Of a stretch of DNA of 64,000 bases, positions 8,158 to 16,863 are shown in pieces. This stretch comes from Verrucomicrobiota bacterium (GTDB lineage: Bacteria > Verrucomicrobiota > Verrucomicrobiia > Limisphaerales > Palsa-1400). Below the pieces are notes generated by a model, which saw only the letters and a program-made list of their open reading frames with translations, did no database searches and was not told where the DNA came from. The stretch spans positions 4,637 through 68,636 of the forward strand of contig JBEKVM010000011.1 in assembly GCA_049513975.1 (NCBI GenBank). Direction: 5' to 3'. How positions within the stretch are numbered: position 1 is the first letter of the stretch; each line of letters starts with the position of its first letter. The position numbers were made by a program, and so were the translations under genes.

Positions 8158-9624
8158 CTACCGGACCGGGGCGCTTTGCATCACCGCCTGGCGCAATCTG
8201 GTTTTGACGGCTTTGAGGCGCTCGGAGTCGAGTATCTTTCCGCCGTCCTGCTCGGTGACGTAGAAGCTGTCCACCGCCGCCCCTTTTTCCGTCAGGATTT
8301 TTGCCAGGGAGAGGTCCACCTCCAGGTCGGCCAGGGCGCGGGAAACGTCATACAACAGCCCCACCCGGTCTTCGGCCTGCAGGTCAATGATGCTGCGGGT
8401 TTCCGAGCTGTCGTTGTCCACCTCGATCAGGGTGGGGATGCGCTCCCCCTCGATGGATTTGTAAAGGGTGGGCGCGGCCTTGGTGCGGGCGATGAGGGCG
8501 GACAAGTCCACCGGCACATCCGTCAGCACCTTGTGCGCCAGGCTCTCGAGCTTCTCCCGCTCCTCCCGGTTGGCCAGCAGCCCGGTTTTGGCGTCGGTCA
8601 CGAAAAATGTGTCAATAATAATGCCATCGGTGCGCGTCAGAATTTCCGCGCTGAGGATGTTGAACCCGGCGGCGGTCAGGCAGCCGGTGATGTTGCTGAA
8701 CAGCCGGTCCCGGTCCCAGGTGCAGATCGTCACCGTGCTGTAGCCCCGGTCCGGCTCGTTCTGCCAGGTGACAATCGGCGCCAGCGCGTTCTCGTCGGTC
8801 GCCGCCAGTTGCAGGTGGATGAACCGATGCACCTGGGTCACGTCGCGCAGAATTTCCCGCGCGTCATTGACCTGGCAATAACGGGGCGGCAAATTCTGGA
8901 AATGGGCCTGCACTTCCGCCGGATCGAAGGTCGGGGGGGCCATCCGCTGCACCTCCTCCACCAGCAATTCCCGCTGGCGCTCCTCCGCCACCCGAAACTC
9001 CGTCGCCCCGGAGAGCAGCTCCGCCGCCCTGCGGTAGAGCCGCCACAGCCCCGCGTCTTTAAAGCCGTTCCACAGTTGGTCGCTCGTCGCCATCGAATCC
9101 GCCAGCGTGTGCAGCGCCAGCATGGCCAGATTCTCCGTCGTCTGAATCTGCCGGGCAAAATGGCGGATGACCGATGCGTCGTCCAGGTCGCGCCGCTGTG
9201 AAATCTGGGCCATGGCCAGATGGTTTTCAATGAGCAGGCCGAGGATGTGCGTCTTGGCGCCGTCCAATCCCAGGCGGCGGGCCACCCGCAAGGCCTGCTC
9301 GGCGCCGATCAAGGCGTGGCGGCCGGTGCGGAAGGCCTTGCCGGAATCATGCAACAACAAGGCCAGGTAGAGCAGGAAGGGCTGTTCCACCCCGCGAAAA
9401 AGCTCGGCGTACTCGGCCAGGGGCGGCGTCTTGGCCTCCCACACCGCGTCCAGTTTTTCCAGGCAGACCAGGGTGTGTTCGTCGGCGGTGTATTGGTGAT
9501 AGAACTCGTGTTGCACCAGGCAGGTCAGGCGGCCGAACTCGGGCAGGAACTTGCCCAGCAGCCCCACTTCGTGCATCCGGCGCAGGGCCGGGGCCACGTT
9601 GCCCCGCTGGTCCAGGATTTCCAA
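8158..9624 (-). CDS. glnD: [Protein-PII] uridylyltransferase, C-terminal fragment (HD domain plus two ACT domains)
   Basis: ..LRRMHEVGLLGKFLPEFGRLTCLVQHEFYHQYTADEHTL.. and ..LLLHDSGK.., followed by ACT-like C-terminal repeats. The frame differs from the N-terminal fragment, which it overlaps at 9525-9624. Confidence 0.8.
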   Translation of the reverse strand: MEILDQRGNVAPALRRMHEVGLLGKFLPEFGRLTCLVQHEFYHQYTADEHTLVCLEKLDAVWEAKTPPLAEYAELFRGVEQPFLLYLALLLHDSGKAFRTGRHALIGAEQALRVARRLGLDGAKTHILGLLIENHLAMAQISQRRDLDDASVIRHFARQIQTTENLAMLALHTLADSMATSDQLWNGFKDAGLWRLYRRAAELLSGATEFRVAEERQRELLVEEVQRMAPPTFDPAEVQAHFQNLPPRYCQVNDAREILRDVTQVHRFIHLQLAATDENALAPIVTWQNEPDRGYSTVTICTWDRDRLFSNITGCLTAAGFNILSAEILTRTDGIIIDTFFVTDAKTGLLANREEREKLESLAHKVLTDVPVDLSALIARTKAAPTLYKSIEGERIPTLIEVDNDSSETRSIIDLQAEDRVGLLYDVSRALADLEVDLSLAKILTEKGAAVDSFYVTEQDGGKILDSERLKAVKTRLRQAVMQSAPVR

Positions 9625-10823
9625 AGAAACACGCGCATGAGCCGGCGCGGACTGTCTCGAAATATGCTGGACGAAAGGGGGCGCATCTCCCCGTCCACAA
9701 ACTTCAACCCGTCCGCCGTCTGTTCGGGGGCCGCCTTGGGCCGGAGAAAGCCGGGCAGCCGCAGGAGCGGCCGGCGGGGAGCGGGCAGCAGCGCCAGCCG
9801 CTGCTCCACCGTGCGGGTGATGAGGTCAATATTCCGCCCGTGGGTGTAATAGACCTTCATGAATTTTTCCAGGCGCTCGCCGGGCGATCGGTCATGCCAG
9901 CCCAGGTTGGAGGCCACCGACGGCTGCACCGTTTTATTCAGGACATCGGAGGGGCGGTCCAGGAGATATTGCAGTTCATTGCGGGTGCGCAGGAGAAAGT
10001 CGTAGGCGTTTTGCAGTTGTTTGCGTTCGGCGTCGCTGATCATTTCCTTTTTCTCCAGCTCCTCCGGGGTGCGGGTGCGGTCCTTGAACCAGGCCATCCA
10101 GAACAGGTTCTGGTAATCGCGCAGGCCCCCGCAGCCGTTCTTGATGTTCGGTTCCTGCATGCAGGCCGAGTTGCCGTACTTGGTCCGCCGCGCCTCCTGG
10201 TCCAGCAGGCGCGCCTGGATATATTCATTCTCATAACCGCGCACGCACTTGGCCAGGAGCGTCTTCTCAAACCGCTCGAACAAAGCCGCGTCCCCAATAA
10301 TCAAGCGCGCTTCGATCAGCGAAGTTTTGGACTGCATGTCCCCGTTGGCCACGCTGACGCAATCCTCGACCGAACGCACCGAATGGCCGACCTTGAGGCC
10401 CAGGTCCCACAAGGTATAAAGCAGCCCGTCCACCAGCGCCGCCAGGGCGGGCCGGGCCTTGCCCCGGACCACCCCTTCCCCGTCGTGCAGAAACATGATG
10501 TCTATGTCACTATGGGGATTTAACTCCGCCCGCCCATACCCGCCGATGGCCACCAGGGCAAAGAGCTGCGGCGCCACCCCGGCCATTGCCGGCGAGCCAT
10601 TTTTAATCCCCTGCAAAATATTTTGCAGGAGCAAATCGAGGATGGCCGAGCGGGCCCGGCAAATCTCCCGTCCCGATGCGCCGGCGCGATGCAGCATTTT
10701 AAGGCGGTGGTGTTCGATCTTGAGAAAGTGCTTGTACCGTCCCAATTCCTGCCGGGGCAGCACGCCGGGCGGCAGCGTCAGCCGCGCCCTGGCGTTCGCC
10801 TCGATTTTTTCCAACAACGTCAT
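9525..10823 (-). CDS. glnD: [Protein-PII] uridylyltransferase, N-terminal fragment (nucleotidyltransferase domain)
   Basis: ..LVAIGGYGRAELNPHSDIDIMFLHD.. and ..NIKNGCGGLRDYQ.. are typical of the GlnD NTase region. The ORF leaves the GlnD-like sequence after ..SPRRLMRVFL and stops at 9525. Confidence 0.8.
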   Translation of the reverse strand: MTLLEKIEANARARLTLPPGVLPRQELGRYKHFLKIEHHRLKMLHRAGASGREICRARSAILDLLLQNILQGIKNGSPAMAGVAPQLFALVAIGGYGRAELNPHSDIDIMFLHDGEGVVRGKARPALAALVDGLLYTLWDLGLKVGHSVRSVEDCVSVANGDMQSKTSLIEARLIIGDAALFERFEKTLLAKCVRGYENEYIQARLLDQEARRTKYGNSACMQEPNIKNGCGGLRDYQNLFWMAWFKDRTRTPEELEKKEMISDAERKQLQNAYDFLLRTRNELQYLLDRPSDVLNKTVQPSVASNLGWHDRSPGERLEKFMKVYYTHGRNIDLITRTVEQRLALLPAPRRPLLRLPGFLRPKAAPEQTADGLKFVDGEMRPLSSSIFRDSPRRLMRVFLWKSWTSGATWPRPCAGCTKWGCWASSCPSSAA

Positions 10824-10889
10824 ATCCGGGCAGAGCTTAGGGCAGAGCGCTCATTGGGGGAAATGCAAAATGCAGACTCGTCAGCACCC

Positions 10890-11930
10890 TCATGGCTTGC
10901 GCCCGGCGGTTACTTCAATCTTGACGGGTTCGGACGGAAAGCGGTTGGTGACAGCAAGAAAGTCGAAAACAGCCGTGACCTCGTTATCATTTTCACCGAA
11001 TAGCTCGTGGCTCCCGCCGAAAGGCGTGGAAAGCGGCTGCCCGATTTCCAGCTTCGCCCCGCTGAATCGCACCACATACTTGCCCGGCTTGGTGATCGCG
11101 TAATGTTGGTTGAGATCAATCTTGTCGGCCAAAATTACCGACGCGCCGGACGCCACTTCGCCCTTGCGCACCGCGATTTGGCCGGGAATCTCAACACAGG
11201 GCAGCGGTTGGCCTTTGTCGTCAAGGACAGTGAGGGGCGCATAGGCCACGCCTGAGTCCATGTAATCAGCCGCCGTCTTGCCGGCGTTGGTCAGTTCCAC
11301 CCGAAACAGCATGGGTGAGCCGATGATGAACCGCTGGCTCACGGGGACCAAATGGGTTTTGAGGCCCGTGAGCTTGGGTTGGAGGCTGAGGCGAATCTGT
11401 TTGATTTTGTCCTCGCGCTCCTGAAGGGCTGCCTTCTTCCGGGCGACATAGTCTTCCATCTTGACAGGCGGATAGTCAACCACCCACGAATGATTGGTGG
11501 CAAATATGGTCCAGAACCACTGGAGAGCCGGTTTGGATTCCGGCTCAGTCAGGTTGACGACAAGTGCATAGAGGGTGGCCTTGTCGGTCCAGTCGAACCC
11601 GCCCGGCTGGTCGCATCGGAGCGTCCAAAACCCGAAGTCTTGCGCGAGCAAAAGGCGTGTCGGGATGGTGTCGTTGAAGAAGGCTTTGGGCGAGGGCCAT
11701 TGCGCGGCTTTGGCTCGAACACGGTCGGAGCAAAGAGCCAGCGCTTCCGGCCATCGTTCCGCCGCAAGAGCGTCCTGGAACCGTAAAAAGAGCATGTTGG
11801 CCTGGCGATATTCGGCGGAATGCTGGCGTGGCGGCCAAGGGGGGTGTCCCGCAAAAACCTGGAGCGCGCCCGCCAATACGGCCGCCAGCGCAACCCGGAA
11901 ACCCAGGCGGAAATTCCGGCTAATCTTCAT
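10890..11930 (-). CDS. Hypothetical secreted protein
   Basis: Trimmed to MKISRNFRLGFRVALAAVLAGALQVFA, which looks like a signal peptide. I do not recognise a family. Confidence 0.55.
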   Translation of the reverse strand: MKISRNFRLGFRVALAAVLAGALQVFAGHPPWPPRQHSAEYRQANMLFLRFQDALAAERWPEALALCSDRVRAKAAQWPSPKAFFNDTIPTRLLLAQDFGFWTLRCDQPGGFDWTDKATLYALVVNLTEPESKPALQWFWTIFATNHSWVVDYPPVKMEDYVARKKAALQEREDKIKQIRLSLQPKLTGLKTHLVPVSQRFIIGSPMLFRVELTNAGKTAADYMDSGVAYAPLTVLDDKGQPLPCVEIPGQIAVRKGEVASGASVILADKIDLNQHYAITKPGKYVVRFSGAKLEIGQPLSTPFGGSHELFGENDNEVTAVFDFLAVTNRFPSEPVKIEVTAGRKP

Positions 11931-12015
11931 CGCCTTGTTATCGTTGTCTTGCCGCATGGCGCGGCAGACCCGCCACGGAGCCGGCCGCAACCATGATAAT
12001 TCAGCCATGAACCCG

Positions 12016-13254
12016 TCATGGCGACTCGACGGTCAGCAGGGCGACGGAATCGTGGTCGCGGATGAAGAGGCGGTTGCCGGAGACGACCGGGTAGGCGAAG
12101 GTGGCTGAATCGGCCACCTTGATGCTGGCCACTTCGGTGTAGGCCTTGTCGGTGGGTTGCAGGACAACCAACTGCATCTTCGGGGTCAGCGCCAGGAGGA
12201 CCGAGCCGGCATCCACCACCGAACCGTAGCCCTGCGGACCTTTGGCATCGGTGTCCGTCCAGGCCACCTCGCCGGTCTTGGCGTTGACGCAGAACAAATT
12301 GCCGCGCTGGGTGAGGCCATAGAGGAAGCCGTCCTTGAGCACGGCGGTGCTGAACTGCGGGGAAACCTGGGCGGCGGTCCAAAGATCCGACGTGGCAAAG
12401 GCGTCGCCTTGCTTGGCGACTTTGACCGCGTGAACGCCGCGACCGGCCCCGGCGTAGATGAGCGTGTCTCCGTCAACAATCGGCGTGGCGGCGTTGTAAT
12501 TCATGCCCTGCGCCGCGAAGGGCGTTTGCCAGGCCATCTTGCCATCAGCAAGGCCGATCCCCACAATACTCTTGTCGGTGAGGGCGACGACGATTTTTAT
12601 GCCCGCCACGGTCATGACTGCCGGGGAAGAGTAGCCTGGTCCCGCGCCCGTCCAGTGCCATTTCTCGTCGCCGGATTTCAGATCATAAGCCGCCACGCCG
12701 CCATCGGAGGAGCCGCCCACCTGCACCACGCACATGCCATCGGCGATCAGCGGAGAGGAACCGGTGTAAAACCTGGGCCAAGTGGTGGCGTCTTTCTTCT
12801 GCCAAAGCTGTTTGCCATCGGCCGCGTTCCAGCAGCTCAGGATGCCGGTCACGCCGAATGTCACCACCTTGCCGTCGGCGACCGCCGGCGAACTGCGCGG
12901 CCCGGCATGTTGCTGCCCGGCCGGCGGCGCCGGCTGGGGCGCCTCATACTTTTGCCGCCAGATTTCCTTGCCGTCGGCGGCGTTGAGGCAGATGACGTTT
13001 TCCTCGGCGTCCACCCGCGAGAAGACGAAGAGCTTGTCGCCGACCAGGGCCGGGGTGGTGTCGCCCAGGCCGACGGTCTGTTTCCATTTCTGGGTCAGTT
13101 GGGCCGGCCAGGTTTTGGGGGCCTTGAAGCCGTCCACTTTGGCGTCGCGATTGGGGCCGCGCCATTGGGGCCAATCCTGGGCCGGAAGGGAGAGGGCAGA
13201 GGCAAGGAGAAGGCCGCTGACCATGGCGGTCTGAAGGAGGGTTCTATTCTTCAT
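12016..13254 (-). CDS. PQQ-like beta-propeller repeat protein (secreted)
   Basis: MKNRTLLQTAMVSGLLLASALSLPAQDWPQWRGPNRDAKVDG.. is the typical N-terminus of this family, followed by repeated propeller blades. Start trimmed to the ATG at 13254. Confidence 0.75.
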   Translation of the reverse strand: MKNRTLLQTAMVSGLLLASALSLPAQDWPQWRGPNRDAKVDGFKAPKTWPAQLTQKWKQTVGLGDTTPALVGDKLFVFSRVDAEENVICLNAADGKEIWRQKYEAPQPAPPAGQQHAGPRSSPAVADGKVVTFGVTGILSCWNAADGKQLWQKKDATTWPRFYTGSSPLIADGMCVVQVGGSSDGGVAAYDLKSGDEKWHWTGAGPGYSSPAVMTVAGIKIVVALTDKSIVGIGLADGKMAWQTPFAAQGMNYNAATPIVDGDTLIYAGAGRGVHAVKVAKQGDAFATSDLWTAAQVSPQFSTAVLKDGFLYGLTQRGNLFCVNAKTGEVAWTDTDAKGPQGYGSVVDAGSVLLALTPKMQLVVLQPTDKAYTEVASIKVADSATFAYPVVSGNRLFIRDHDSVALLTVESP

Positions 13255-13461
13255 AAACGATGGTGTTAAATGCTTGAGTGACAAGTCGCCAGTCAAAGCT
13301 GGTGTGAGATCGGAACCGAGGGTAATCCCGCCCGGTCCGTGGTTCAATGAAAAAGTACTTTGATTTGGTTTGATTTGGTTTGATGGGAAAAGCCCGTTCT
13401 GGAGCGCAAATTATTCATGGACAGGCACTTGAATTGATTTGCCGTGAAGAGAGCAATAATT

Positions 13462-13524
13462 GGGGTCACATCTAAACATTCTACATTCTCTCCATCCAAA
13501 TGTCGAATGTTTAGATGTGACCCC
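13462..13524. repeat. AT-rich 20 bp perfect inverted repeat (GGGGTCACATCTAAACATTC ... GAATGTTTAGATGTGACCCC)
   Basis: The arms are 13462-13481 and 13505-13524, and pairing extends by a further 5 bp after one mismatch. It lies in the divergent intergenic region. Confidence 0.8.
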
Positions 13525-13787
13525 AGTTCGTTCACTGCATGATAACTTGCCGGGGATTGCTCCCCGCCCTCCGCGCCGGCGCTGGCCGCCACCTGCCGGA
13601 GGCGGCCCGGACTGTGTGCCTCCGTTTCTCACGCTGACGATTCAACCATAGGTTCTAATTTTTGTCAAGCCCCCGGTTTGAAGAAAATGCAGAATTGCGC
13701 GCGTCGCAAAATGCAGATTGCGATGATCTGGCGGGTGGGGCTGTGTTCTGACTTGCAAATATGTCCAGCTTGGATGACCATTATCTT

Positions 13788-14027
13788 ATGACGAAAACGG
13801 TTGCCAAAGCCAAAGAACAATTCTGCGAGATTGTGTCGCTTGCCTGCCAGGGCAAAAGCACCACCATCACGCGACATGGTGAGCCGGTGGCCTGCGTGGC
13901 ACCGGTGGAGCGGGCCTCGCGCCGGCTGACCGAGCAATGGCGGCAGCGGGTGGCGAACGTGCGTTTGAACCGCAAGGGCCAGCCGAAACTGACCATTCCC
14001 CAACTGATCCAAGAGGGGCGCAAGTGA
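13788..14027 (+). CDS. Phd/YefM-family antitoxin
   Basis: MTKTVAKAKEQFCEIVSLACQGKSTTITRHGEPVACVAPV fits the Phd/YefM N-terminus. Its stop overlaps the next gene's GTG (GTGA). Confidence 0.7.
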   Translation: MTKTVAKAKEQFCEIVSLACQGKSTTITRHGEPVACVAPVERASRRLTEQWRQRVANVRLNRKGQPKLTIPQLIQEGRK

Positions 14028-14431
14028 GTCTCGCCGTGGACGCCAGCGCGGTCGTGGCGCTGCATTTCGCCGATGAGCGCCGTCCTTTTGCGGAGATGGA
14101 AGAGAGGCTGGCGGATGGCGAGGAAGCCTTCACCGCGCCGAATTTTTTCCAGGAAGTGATGGAGGCGTTGCGCCGCGCTCTTCGCGAGCGGCGCACCACG
14201 ACCGAGGACGTTCAAGCCTGGTTGAGCGTGCTCGACAGCTACAACGTCCTGACCGTGCATGTCAATCCGGTGGCCGGCTGCGCCACCTGGTTGATCGCCG
14301 AAACGCTGAACGTCTCGGCCTACGACGCCGGTTATATCGCCGTTGCCAAGGCGAAAGGATTGCCTCTCTGGACGCGCGACCGCGCGCTGGCCAACAAGGC
14401 CCCTCGCATCGCGGTCACGGTGTTGCCTTGA
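14024..14431 (+). CDS. vapC: PIN-domain toxin (VapC family)
   Basis: VSLAVDASAVVALHFADE... and ..NVSAYDAGYIAVAKAKGLPLWTRDRAL carry the PIN acidic residues and the typical C-terminal motif. GTG start at 14024. Confidence 0.7.
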   Translation: MSLAVDASAVVALHFADERRPFAEMEERLADGEEAFTAPNFFQEVMEALRRALRERRTTTEDVQAWLSVLDSYNVLTVHVNPVAGCATWLIAETLNVSAYDAGYIAVAKAKGLPLWTRDRALANKAPRIAVTVLP

Positions 14432-14454
14432 CGGCAAACTGCGCCAGAGGCGTC

Positions 14455-14489
14455 ATTAAAAGAAAAAGCCCGCTCGGCGGGAGCGGGCT
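14455..14489 (-). terminator. Rho-independent terminator of the ribosomal superoperon
   Basis: 8 bp stem AGCCCGCT / AGCGGGCT (14467-14489), followed on the minus strand by TTTTTCTTTT. It lies 30 nt downstream of the rplQ stop. Confidence 0.6.
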
Positions 14490-14518
14490 TGGGAGATGGG
14501 TAACGTCAACAATTAAGA

Positions 14519-15037
14519 TTAAGCGGGGGCGGCGGCGGCTTCCTTTTCCTGTTTGCCTTCCTTTTCCTGCTTGCCTTCGGCGGGCTTGGCGGCTTCGCCG
14601 GACTTTTTCGCGGCTTCGCCGGTCTTGGCTTCGGGAGTGGTTTCTTCGGGAACGGGCACGTCCACAAATTCGAGGATGACCATTTTGGCGGCGTCGCCCT
14701 GGCGAAAGGCGCGGTGCTTGCCACTGGGGCTGCCGAGACGGACGATGCGGGTGTAACCGCCGCGGCGCTCCTTCTGGGTCGGGGCGATGACGGTGAAGAG
14801 GATTTTAACCGCCTCCTCGTCCTGATGCAACCGGGCGGCGGCCAGGCGGCGGTGGTGGAGGGTGCCGGACTTGCCCAGGGTGATCATCTTGTCCGCCACG
14901 GAGCGGGCGGCCTTGGCCTTGGCCAGGGTGGTGGTGATGCGGCGATGTTTGATCAGGCTGCAAACCATGCTGGCCAGCATGCGGTTGCGGTGCGAGCCGG
15001 TGCGTCCGAGCTTGGCGGTGCGTTTTAAGTGGCGCAT
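14519..15037 (-). CDS. rplQ: 50S ribosomal protein L17 (with a Lys/Glu/Ala-rich C-terminal tail)
   Basis: MRHLKRTAKLGRTGSHRNRMLASM.. and its position after rpoA. Confidence 0.95.
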   Translation of the reverse strand: MRHLKRTAKLGRTGSHRNRMLASMVCSLIKHRRITTTLAKAKAARSVADKMITLGKSGTLHHRRLAAARLHQDEEAVKILFTVIAPTQKERRGGYTRIVRLGSPSGKHRAFRQGDAAKMVILEFVDVPVPEETTPEAKTGEAAKKSGEAAKPAEGKQEKEGKQEKEAAAAPA

Positions 15038-15047
15038 AAGAGCAAAA

Positions 15048-16064
15048 TTATTCGGTCAGCTTGACTTCTTCCTTGGGGGATTCCAGCAGGCTCTGGTCAA
15101 TGTTCATGCCCAAAGAAAGGCCGAGGCTGGCCAGTTTCTCCTTGATTTCGTTGAGGGACTTTTTGCCGAAGTTGCGGTATTTCAACATCTCCGCCTCCGT
15201 TTTCATGGAGAGTTGCCCCACCGAGGTGATGTTGGCGTTGTTGAGGCAGTTGGCGGCGCGGACGCTCAACTCGATTTCGTTGACGCTCATGTTGAGCAGC
15301 TTCTTCAGCTTGGCCTTCTCGTCGTCCTGCTTGGTTTCGGTCTCCTCGAACTCAACGGCGTTCTTGTCGTAGCCGATGAACACGTCCAGATGATGCTGGA
15401 GGATGGCGGAGGACTGGACCAGGGCGTCGTCCGGGCTGATGCGTCCGTCGGTCCAAATCTCCAGAATGAGCCGGTCGTAATCGGTGCGCTGGCCGACGCG
15501 GGCGTTTTCCACGGCGTAACGCACGCGGGTGACCGGGGAAAAAAGGGAATCAATGGCGATGACGCCGATGGGCTGGTCGGGCTTTTTGTTTTCATCCCCC
15601 GGGCAGAAGCCGCGGCCGACCTTGACCTCGAGTTCCATCTCGAACTTTTTCTTCTTGTCAAGGGTGCAAACAACCTGTTCGGGATTGACCAGCTCGACGT
15701 TCTGGTTGAGTTCGATGTCGCCGGCGGTGACCTGGCCCTCCTTGTTGACGGAGAGCAGGAGGGTCTGGGTGTCGCGGCTGTGCGCCTTGAAGAGGATTTT
15801 TTTCAGATTCAACACCACGTCGGTGACATCCTCGACCACGCCGTCAATGGTGGCGAATTCGTGCTGGGCGCCCTCGACCTTGATGGAGGAGATGGCGGCG
15901 CCTTCGAGGGAGGAGAGGAGGACGCGGCGCAGGGAGTTGCCGATGGTATGGCCGTAGCCGGTTTCAAACGGCTCGGCGAAGAACTTGGCGTAGGTGTCGG
16001 TGGCGGTGGCGTCCTCGCGGGTCAACCGCTTGGGCATTTCAAAACGTCCTAGACGAACTGGCAT
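15048..16064 (-). CDS. rpoA: DNA-directed RNA polymerase subunit alpha
   Basis: 338 aa with ..GYGHTIGNSLRRVLLSS.. and a C-terminal ..LSVRAANCL.. domain. Confidence 0.95.
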   Translation of the reverse strand: MPVRLGRFEMPKRLTREDATATDTYAKFFAEPFETGYGHTIGNSLRRVLLSSLEGAAISSIKVEGAQHEFATIDGVVEDVTDVVLNLKKILFKAHSRDTQTLLLSVNKEGQVTAGDIELNQNVELVNPEQVVCTLDKKKKFEMELEVKVGRGFCPGDENKKPDQPIGVIAIDSLFSPVTRVRYAVENARVGQRTDYDRLILEIWTDGRISPDDALVQSSAILQHHLDVFIGYDKNAVEFEETETKQDDEKAKLKKLLNMSVNEIELSVRAANCLNNANITSVGQLSMKTEAEMLKYRNFGKKSLNEIKEKLASLGLSLGMNIDQSLLESPKEEVKLTE

Positions 16065-16165
16065 AATTTCCTTTCCACAATTTTAATCTGGCCCCTCCGC
16101 CTGTTCCCGCGGCGGAGAAGCCCGTGTAATTGTTTGTGTCCCGCGCGGGCGGGACGGTTTCTGGT

Positions 16166-16774
16166 TTAGCGGGAATAAAATTCGACGACGGCCTGCTCAT
16201 TGGCGATGGGCTGGATCTCCGCCCGGGTCGGAATGCGCAGGACGGTGGCTTTGCAGGCTTCCTTGGCCAGGGACAACCAATCGGGCATGACCCGGCTGGT
16301 GGCCATTTCCAAATTTTTCGAGGCCAACTGGCGGGAGACGCTGGTATCCTTGACCTCCACGATGTCATTGACCTTCAATCCATAAGAGGGAATGTTGACC
16401 TTGCGGCCGTTGACCTTGATGTGGCCGTGGCTGACCATCTGGCGGGCGGCGGCGCGGGTGGCGGCAAAGCCCAGGTGGTAAACCACATTGTCCAGCCGGG
16501 TTTCCAGGATTTGCAGCATCTGCTCGCCGGTGACGCCACGGCGCTTGAGGGCGCGCTCATAGACGCCGCGAAACTGCCGTTCCATCAGCCCGTAAAAATA
16601 ACGCAGCTTCTGCTTCTCGATCAGCCCCAGGCCGTATTCGGTGTGCTTGCGGCGGGACTTGGGTCCGTGAACGCCAGGGCCGTAGTTGCGGCGCTCCAGG
16701 TATTTGTCCGGGCCGAACATGGGGATGCCGAAGCGGCGGCTGATGCGGGTGCGGGGTCCAGTGTAACGAGCCAT
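16166..16774 (-). CDS. rpsD: 30S ribosomal protein S4
   Basis: MARYTGPRTRISRRFG.. and operon position. Confidence 0.95.
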   Translation of the reverse strand: MARYTGPRTRISRRFGIPMFGPDKYLERRNYGPGVHGPKSRRKHTEYGLGLIEKQKLRYFYGLMERQFRGVYERALKRRGVTGEQMLQILETRLDNVVYHLGFAATRAAARQMVSHGHIKVNGRKVNIPSYGLKVNDIVEVKDTSVSRQLASKNLEMATSRVMPDWLSLAKEACKATVLRIPTRAEIQPIANEQAVVEFYSR

Positions 16775-16786
16775 AATATATTCTGA

Positions 16787-16850
16787 GTCTTACTCTTAAT
16801 CTTAAATCTTAATCTTACTCTTAATCTTACTCTTAATCTTAATCTCAAAT
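16787..16850. repeat. Hexamer microsatellite (TCTTAC/TCTTAA), ~10 units, in the rpsK-rpsD spacer
   Basis: Read directly: tcttac tcttaa tcttaaa tcttaa tcttac tcttaa tcttac tcttaa tcttaa. Confidence 0.85.
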
Positions 16851-16863
16851 CGCCCAAGACAAC

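Noticed and set aside
8047-10523. Plus-strand ORFs 8047-9201, 9220-9849 and 9840-10523
   Set aside because: They are antisense to the glnD fragments.
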